A stretch of 64,000 nucleotides of DNA from a marine group bacterium Sva0996 bin134 (GTDB lineage: Bacteria; Actinomycetota; Acidimicrobiia; Acidimicrobiales; Bin134). A program made the position numbers and the translations under genes. Of this stretch, positions 58,570 to 64,000 are shown in pieces. How positions within the stretch are numbered: position 1 is the stretch's first letter; each line of letters begins with the position of its first letter. The DNA lies in NCBI GenBank assembly GCA_002239105.1, contig MPNQ01000010.1, forward strand, positions 14,638-78,637. Reading direction: 5' to 3'. The notes beneath the pieces are model-generated. The model had not been told where the DNA came from and made no database searches. It saw only the letters and a list, made by a program, of their open reading frames with translations.

Positions 58570-59027
58570 AAGTCATCTCCTTTGCTGATGCCCTGAACTG
58601 CTCGGGCGGTGGCGGTACCAGCCACCCGGCGCGAGTCAATGCCGAGCATTGACAGGATTTGGAGGGGTTGAATCAACCACACGGTCGTTGAAACCGTGTC
58701 TCCCTTCACCGATATCGACCACTCTTGGTGTTGCCCAAGAAATTCGGAGGCCGCCATTCGAGCCAGTGATGGATCAACGACCACGTTCCCTGTTTCCCGA
58801 TACATGGCTTCGGTTGACACTGCTTGGGCTCCAGCTCTGGCTGCTTCGAAAGCCAGGGTGGAGGCTTCCCGTCGGGCAATCAATATCTGTGCTCCGTCAT
58901 ACGTCAGCCCTGCGAGCATGACCAGCACCGCAGCCAAGATGACAAACACCACGGTGACCTGTCCCCGCTGTTGGCATCTCAAGGAGTGGGGATTGCCCAA
59001 ACTTCTACTTGGAGCGAATCGAGGCAT
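58566..59027 (-). CDS. TadG/TadE-like pseudopilin
   Basis: QRGQVTVVFVILAAVLVMLAGLTYDGAQILIARREAS... is the N-terminal TadG-like hydrophobic helix. 4-nt overlap with the downstream gene. Confidence 0.6.
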   Translation of the reverse strand: MPRFAPSRSLGNPHSLRCQQRGQVTVVFVILAAVLVMLAGLTYDGAQILIARREASTLAFEAARAGAQAVSTEAMYRETGNVVVDPSLARMAASEFLGQHQEWSISVKGDTVSTTVWLIQPLQILSMLGIDSRRVAGTATARAVQGISKGDDL

Positions 59028-59029
59028 GA

Positions 59030-59479
59030 TTACGTGCTTCCGCTGCGGTAGCGGTCAACCATTGACGAGGAGTCCGCCGACACGGTCAGGCTGCCGGGAA
59101 TGTCTAGCAAGGTCAGATCTGACAACCGAACGACACATGACACCTGGACATGCACCTTCCCTCCCGGTTGAAGGTCCATCTGTCGTATGCGAACTTGTGG
59201 CCCGCCTTGGCAGCCAACATTCAACTGGCCCAAGGAAGCTTCAGCAGTCGTGGTGGCTGCCGCTTGGGCCGCCGCAACCGACTGGTATTGGGAGGCGGCT
59301 CGGGCGGAGCTGCCGGCAGCGATCGTCAACTTGCTCTCGGTCACCCCTACTCGACCGGCGGCTACGACAAGGAACAAGACCGTGGCCATGACGGGGGTGA
59401 GGACTGCCAGCCCAATCACGCTGCTGCCCCGCTCGAATGCATCATCGAACCGCTGGCGCCCCGGAGGGTTACCCTTCAT
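59030..59479 (-). CDS. TadE-like pseudopilin
   Basis: ERGSSVIGLAVLTPVMATVLFLVVAAGRV... is the TadE N-terminal motif. Confidence 0.6.
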   Translation of the reverse strand: MKGNPPGRQRFDDAFERGSSVIGLAVLTPVMATVLFLVVAAGRVGVTESKLTIAAGSSARAASQYQSVAAAQAAATTTAEASLGQLNVGCQGGPQVRIRQMDLQPGGKVHVQVSCVVRLSDLTLLDIPGSLTVSADSSSMVDRYRSGST

Positions 59480-59883
59480 TTTCGAATCCCGGGAATGAAG
59501 ACCTCGCGGGGACCTACCGCGGTTGACAAAATGGTCGGGGCATACCCCGGGATCAAGGACTTCACCGAGGCCTGCACTGTCACCGATAGTTGCGATCGGT
59601 TCGTTCGAACGGTGACGTTCACGTCCGACAGGAGGTTGCCCGCGCTTGTGCCGATGACCGACCGGGCTGCTGTTCGGGCAGCTTCTTCAGTGCCTCGTTC
59701 GCCTTGGCCGGCCCGGGCTCCGTCGTGGGCAGAAGCGTCGACTATGGCCTGCGCGTGAAAGACCAAGGCTGCTTGGACAACGACGAGGATCATGAACATG
59801 GCAAGGGGAACGGCCAAGACCGCAGTGGTCGTTTCGCCGCGCTCGCTGTCCATTCTCTGGTCGATCCCACCGCTGTAGGTCAA
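59476..59883 (-). CDS. TadE-like pseudopilin
   Basis: ERGETTTAVLAVPLAMFMILVVVQAALVFHAQ... is the TadE N-terminal motif. Confidence 0.65.
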   Translation of the reverse strand: MTYSGGIDQRMDSERGETTTAVLAVPLAMFMILVVVQAALVFHAQAIVDASAHDGARAGQGERGTEEAARTAARSVIGTSAGNLLSDVNVTVRTNRSQLSVTVQASVKSLIPGYAPTILSTAVGPREVFIPGIRK

Positions 59884-60080
59884 CTGATCTTGCTGGTTTG
59901 GCCGGAGATAAAGGTTGTGATGACCACGCCAGCAGCAACCGCGGCGGCTACCAGGACCGCGATGATGATCACAGTCGAGGTCACGTCACCCCGCTCGTCT
60001 TGCCATGCCCTTCGCACTCGTTCCTCTAACCCATTCCGCGATGCGGCCAGCAAGAGGTGGAATTTGACTACCGCTTTCAC
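59880..60080 (-). CDS. Flp-type (DUF4244-like) pilin candidate
   Basis: GTG start with AGGAG ending 6 nt upstream. ...QDERG|DVTSTVIIIAVLVAAAVAAGVVITTF is a leader ending in Gly plus a hydrophobic helix. It occupies the Flp slot between tadC and the tadE-like genes. Confidence 0.5.
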   Translation of the reverse strand: MKAVVKFHLLLAASRNGLEERVRRAWQDERGDVTSTVIIIAVLVAAAVAAGVVITTFISGQTSKIS

Positions 60081-60168
60081 TTGAGTCTCCTGCGATTATT
60101 CGGTGGGGGCGGTTCTAAGCGCCGATATGCGGATGCCTCTGCCTTGCGAACAAGTTTCTTTGAACCGA

Positions 60169-61047
60169 TCATGCGCTGACGATGGCGGCAATCGCCGGAT
60201 AGCCGATCAGCCCCAGAAAGCCCGTGAACATGAGTACGACGGGGAGCGACATGCGCTCGGTGGCCTGCTGAGCCTCCGTCTCTGCTTCGTTAAGTGCTCG
60301 CTCTCGCAAGCCTCGGGCTTTGGTGTGCAGGGACGATCGAACGTGGGATCCGGAGGTGCCGGCAAGCAATAGCCAAGCGGCAAGCTCCTCCATTTCTGTG
60401 GAGCCAAGATCGTGGCCCAGCTTTTCCAAAGCGGTCCATGATGGTTCGTTGGCCAATTGGGCTTGTCTCAAAGTCCGCTGGATTTCGACAAAGCCCCAGG
60501 CCAGACCACACCCTGCCGAGTCAGCAAGTGCCCGCTCCATTCCTGAGCCCCCGGACAAATGGAGGCCCACCAGATCTAGGTAGGTGCTGATTTGGTGGCG
60601 CAGCTCTCGGCGCCGACGCCGGGCCTTTTCGCGCAACGACAGATCTGGGACCAAAAAGAAGAGTCCTCCAGCCAAGATTGACGCCACCACCACCAGAATC
60701 GGAGAAACCCACGCTCCACCAAACCAGGCGACAATCCATACGCCCACAGGGAGTCCTGCTCCCAGGAGCAGCATCGCCAGCTTGGCCACGGCTAGCTCTT
60801 CCAGGCTTTGGCCGGCAGCTCTCAGGTCTTGCTCGACCCGGCGACCTCGCAATCCCAAGGGCCCGAACGACTGTGCCGCGGCCCGTCCAATTCTCTCACG
60901 GGGAGTTCCTGATCGGTGGCCGTCCTCCAATGGCTGATCTAGTTCGCTCAGTCGGATCTGCAATGACTCTCGGGGTGGAAACAATCCCCAGAAGATCGTG
61001 GCTAGACCAAGGCCGAGTAGGGATCCCAGTACCAGACCGACCGTCAT
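60169..61047 (-). CDS. tadC: Tad secretion system inner-membrane platform protein (T2SS-F family), TadC-like
   Basis: 292 aa. N-terminal TM, central cytoplasmic helical T2SSF domain, C-terminal TM pair. Overlaps tadB by 4 nt. Confidence 0.75.
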   Translation of the reverse strand: MTVGLVLGSLLGLGLATIFWGLFPPRESLQIRLSELDQPLEDGHRSGTPRERIGRAAAQSFGPLGLRGRRVEQDLRAAGQSLEELAVAKLAMLLLGAGLPVGVWIVAWFGGAWVSPILVVVASILAGGLFFLVPDLSLREKARRRRRELRHQISTYLDLVGLHLSGGSGMERALADSAGCGLAWGFVEIQRTLRQAQLANEPSWTALEKLGHDLGSTEMEELAAWLLLAGTSGSHVRSSLHTKARGLRERALNEAETEAQQATERMSLPVVLMFTGFLGLIGYPAIAAIVSA

Positions 61048-61931
61048 TGTTGGTGCCCACCGACTGTGCTTGGAGTCGCGGGAGCCCGGCCAACGTCAAG
61101 AATTCGCGCCGGACTGCTGAACCTGCTCATCTTCACGAGAGCAAATCCCGACCCGATGAACAACCCACCGATGATGGCAAGGGTTACCTGACCGGTCACG
61201 GAGTCGAAGGGGGCCAAGTACGGCCTGCTGAAGCCCACCATGGCAACGGAGAACACGGCCACCACGCCGGCAATGAAGCGGGCAGAGGTGAACTGCCGAG
61301 CTCGAGAGGCCTCGATCCGCAATCGCATTGACACTTCTTGACGTGTGCTGTCGGCAAGGTCGGCCAGCGACTCCTGCAAGGATCCCACCTGGTTGGCTGC
61401 TGCCAGTCCCAGTGTTACCGCAACGGTGTCGGCTACCGCGTGGTCGACTTCGTTGGCGAACTTGGCCAGAGCCCCAGGAAGCGGCTCTCGCTCAGCCCGA
61501 GCCGCGAGGGACCGCACGTGAGCGCGCACGGGCATGGGTGCGGTAACCGCCGTGGCGTTCAGAGCCTCGGTCAGCCCTGATGCCGCGCTGATGGTGTCGC
61601 GTACCATTTCCACCCAGGTGGCCAGGGCGTTCATGCGGGCGATTTCCCAATCACGGCTGGCCTTGGCTCCCAAGACCGTGGGCGAGATGAATCCAGCGGT
61701 GCCGGCAATGAGTCCGGCAACCGGCCATCCGGTCAGCACCATTGCGGCCACGAACCCGGTGCCCGCCACAGCAAATCGAATTACGAGTGAGGCAACAGAA
61801 CCCCTCGCCCATTTCGACCAAGTCAGACTGCGCTTGCCTGAGGACGACGGAGTTCCGCGCCATCCCACAAGGGCCGTGAAGACCCCGCTACCCACCGCAG
61901 CCCCCAGCAGCGCTCCAATCAAAGAGGACAA
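61044..61931 (-). CDS. tadB: Tad secretion system inner-membrane platform protein (T2SS-F family), TadB-like
   Basis: 295 aa, same architecture as the tadC-like gene. Overlaps tadA by 13 nt. Confidence 0.75.
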   Translation of the reverse strand: MSSLIGALLGAAVGSGVFTALVGWRGTPSSSGKRSLTWSKWARGSVASLVIRFAVAGTGFVAAMVLTGWPVAGLIAGTAGFISPTVLGAKASRDWEIARMNALATWVEMVRDTISAASGLTEALNATAVTAPMPVRAHVRSLAARAEREPLPGALAKFANEVDHAVADTVAVTLGLAAANQVGSLQESLADLADSTRQEVSMRLRIEASRARQFTSARFIAGVVAVFSVAMVGFSRPYLAPFDSVTGQVTLAIIGGLFIGSGFALVKMSRFSSPARILDVGRAPATPSTVGGHQQ

Positions 61932-63226
61932 TTCTGGTCCTCCCCCACAGCTTCGACCTCTGAGGCAGTGAGCTCGAAACCGACGTTGGCCAACCGATAG
62001 AGGGTGGAGGATTGAAGGGAACCGCTAGGACGAGCCTTGTTTGACTCGTGGTCCGAGAACACTTCCACGCTCTTCACGTCGCCCATCGAAGTGCCGGTAA
62101 CCTCTCGCACCGAGCCAACCCGGCGGCGGCCGTCTCGACCCCTGCTCATGTGGACCACGAAGTTGATGCTCTCCGCGACCATCCGATTGGTGGCCTCGAC
62201 GGGGATCTGCTCTGCGGAGCGCAATGCGTAGGTGGCGATCTTGCTGAATGCCGCCTGTGAAGAGTTGGCGTGAATGGTGCACATCGACCCGTCGTTTCCG
62301 GTCGACAGCGCAGCCAGCATGTCCACGACTTCGGGACCTCTCACCTCACCTACAACCAACCGGTCGGGCGACATGGCCAGGGCATTGCGCACTAACTGCT
62401 GCATGGTGATTGCGCCGGTTCCCTCGATATTGGCTGTCCGGGTTTCCAGTTCGATCACATCGCGATGTCGGTCGGAGTCAGCACTCAGAGCCAACTCCAG
62501 CCGATCTTCGATGGTGATCAGCCGTTCATTGGGATCGCAGGCGTTCAGAAGCGCGCGCAAGAGCGTTGTCTTGCCGGCATTGGTTCCGCCGCAAACGATG
62601 ATGCTCAGTCGAGCTTTCACCGCAGCCCGCAGAAAATCTCGGAGTCCGCTGTCGACGGTGCCCATATCGCACAAGTCGTCCAGGGTGATCCGCTCGTGGC
62701 GATGACGGCGAATTGATACCGCAGGACGTTCGGACACTGCCATCACCGCGTTTAGGCGAGACCCGTCGGGCAACTGCAAGTCCAAGAACGGGTTGGCCAT
62801 GTCGAACCGTCGTTCGGTTCGTCCCAGCCGTGCGGCTGCCCTGCGGATCAACGCGATGAGTTCATCGTCGGAGTCGGCGATGGCATCGGCTTGTCGTTTA
62901 GCCCCACCCGCGTAATGCACCCAAACCGTGTCACATCCATTTGCGTTTACGTTTTCTACCGATTCGTCGGCCAACAACCGGTCGATCGGACCGAGTCCGA
63001 ACAAAGTGGCCAACACCTCATCGGTAACCCGTGACTCCTCGGCGTTGTCGATGGGGGGAAGAAACGCCCGGGCGCGCTCCGCGGCGATGATGTCGAGTGC
63101 TTCGAGGATGAATTGCCCGGCCAGCGCCTTTTGTTCCAGTCGATTGTCAAACTGGCTTGTCTCGGCCCTATCGAGTTCTCGGGTGACCATGGCAAGAACC
63201 TGGTTGAAGTGGGGGCTGGCAGTCAT
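61919..63226 (-). CDS. tadA: Tad/Flp pilus assembly ATPase (CpaF/TadA, VirB11-like)
   Basis: Walker A CGGTNAGKTTLLRAL, RLITIEDRLEL, the Walker B region DRLVVGEVRG, and a His box (MCTIHANS). Confidence 0.9.
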   Translation of the reverse strand: MTASPHFNQVLAMVTRELDRAETSQFDNRLEQKALAGQFILEALDIIAAERARAFLPPIDNAEESRVTDEVLATLFGLGPIDRLLADESVENVNANGCDTVWVHYAGGAKRQADAIADSDDELIALIRRAAARLGRTERRFDMANPFLDLQLPDGSRLNAVMAVSERPAVSIRRHRHERITLDDLCDMGTVDSGLRDFLRAAVKARLSIIVCGGTNAGKTTLLRALLNACDPNERLITIEDRLELALSADSDRHRDVIELETRTANIEGTGAITMQQLVRNALAMSPDRLVVGEVRGPEVVDMLAALSTGNDGSMCTIHANSSQAAFSKIATYALRSAEQIPVEATNRMVAESINFVVHMSRGRDGRRRVGSVREVTGTSMGDVKSVEVFSDHESNKARPSGSLQSSTLYRLANVGFELTASEVEAVGEDQNCPL

Positions 63227-63235
63227 CGGCTCTCG

Positions 63236-63982
63236 CTAGGCGGTCGCACAACCGGTGGCCGCATCTTGCATGCGGTAGTTGATCCGATGAACGAGTTCGC
63301 CCAGGGTTCGCCACAGCAGCAGCCGACGGTGACGCTGGTGGGCGGGCAATCCCCCCACCATCACTTGGGCCGCTCTTGGCTCATGGGCCATGACACCCAA
63401 GAGATCGAGTCGAGAGGCCTTTGCCATCTCCGTCGGCGGGTATGGCCGGTCACCCACACATACCAGTGCCGTTGGGATGTCATGGGCGATCATCCTTCGG
63501 GCTTGATGGACTAGAGGGACAAGCTGATCGAACTGGGGCCGAGCGACGAGCACTAGCAGATTGCAATGCTTGATCAACTCGACAGCAGGGGAGTGAGGCC
63601 GTACCCGACCAACATCAACCACGGCGTCGATGCCGTCAAGGCGGCCCAGACCGTCCGCCAGACGTCTCGCCAGCGGGGCAAGCACCAAGGTGGTGGTTTC
63701 GCCGCAACCCGGAGAAACCAGGGCAGGCAACTGACCCGCCAGCAATTGGCAGTTGTTCTGCAACCTGTTGATGGTTAGTTCGTGTCGAGCTATCCCCGAC
63801 AGTTCCACCAACGACGGAGTCGAGGCCAGCCCGAAACGAGCCGCCAATACACCGCCGTCTCCGTCGGCTTCAACCAAAACAGCTCGGCGTCCGGTACTCG
63901 ACTCCCATGACAGTCCAAGTCCAACCGACAAGCTGGTGACGCCAGGACTGGCCTTCACGCTTCCTACCGCAATGATGCTCAT
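63236..63982 (-). CDS. CpaE/TadZ/Ssd-like ParA-fold protein with degenerate P-loop
   Basis: IIAVGSVKASPGVTSLSVGL occupies the deviant Walker A position but has V where the GK(S/T) lysine is expected. It is the first gene of the tad cluster, as in actinobacterial loci. Confidence 0.6.
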   Translation of the reverse strand: MSIIAVGSVKASPGVTSLSVGLGLSWESSTGRRAVLVEADGDGGVLAARFGLASTPSLVELSGIARHELTINRLQNNCQLLAGQLPALVSPGCGETTTLVLAPLARRLADGLGRLDGIDAVVDVGRVRPHSPAVELIKHCNLLVLVARPQFDQLVPLVHQARRMIAHDIPTALVCVGDRPYPPTEMAKASRLDLLGVMAHEPRAAQVMVGGLPAHQRHRRLLLWRTLGELVHRINYRMQDAATGCATA

Positions 63983-64000
63983 CGAGCTGCTTCCTCCACC

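Overview
High-GC chromosomal segment: most hand-counted 60-nt lines are about 65% G+C, with clear troughs. It carries the classic actinobacterial replication-origin neighbourhood. The gene order and protein families suggest a deep-branching actinobacterium, perhaps Acidimicrobiia-like, but that is inference only. All identifications come from reading the translations and recalling family motifs; no database search was possible.

Layout, left to right:
- pccB 3' part plus an epsilon-subunit-like ORF, a MOSC protein, aat, and a membrane-anchored tandem cyclophilin.
- lysC-asd, then small redox/hydrolase genes.
- A split B12 acyl-CoA mutase with meaB and an acyl-CoA dehydrogenase.
- An M23 peptidase, a Zn-ADH, an Ldh_2 enzyme and DoxX.
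- crgA-trpG-pknB-PP2C phosphatase-tRNA-Leu.
- A larB-larC-MBL-AhpD-like operon.
- pheA, then an LLM oxidoreductase, TetR, SDR, CoA-transferase and IMPase block.
- tRNA-Ile, DUF3566, and an orphan TadE-like gene.
- gyrA-gyrB-dciA-recF-dnaN-[oriC]-dnaA.
- Diverging from dnaA: rpmH-rnpA-yidD-yidC-jag-rsmG-parS-parA-parB.
- A cwlM-like gene, trxA-trxB, an ECF sigma/anti-sigma pair, and a DUF4349 lipoprotein.
- A complete actinobacterial-type Tad/Flp pilus locus, preceded by a 985-aa LysM + wHTH/BTAD membrane protein.

No rRNA, CRISPR array, transposase or integrase was seen.

Most notable observations:
1. An in-frame UGA sits at the second Cys position of the CxxC motif of an AhpD-like protein and is followed by an fdhF-type SECIS hairpin. 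The ORF track splits this likely selenoprotein into two ORFs.
2. That gene is the last of a tightly coupled five-gene larB-larC-MBL-AhpD-like-AhpD(Sec) cluster, with no larE or larA in view.
3. The Tad locus ends in a membrane-tethered, peptidoglycan-binding SARP-like regulator.
4. A marked AT-rich trough is centred on dnaA and its DnaA-box-bearing flanks.
5. rnpA has no canonical start codon for its conserved N-terminus.
6. The acyl-CoA mutase carries the Phe/Gln (isobutyryl-CoA-mutase-type) signature rather than the Tyr/Arg (methylmalonyl-CoA-mutase-type) one.

Many long overlapping ORFs in the track are off-frame or antisense artefacts of high-GC DNA and were not called.
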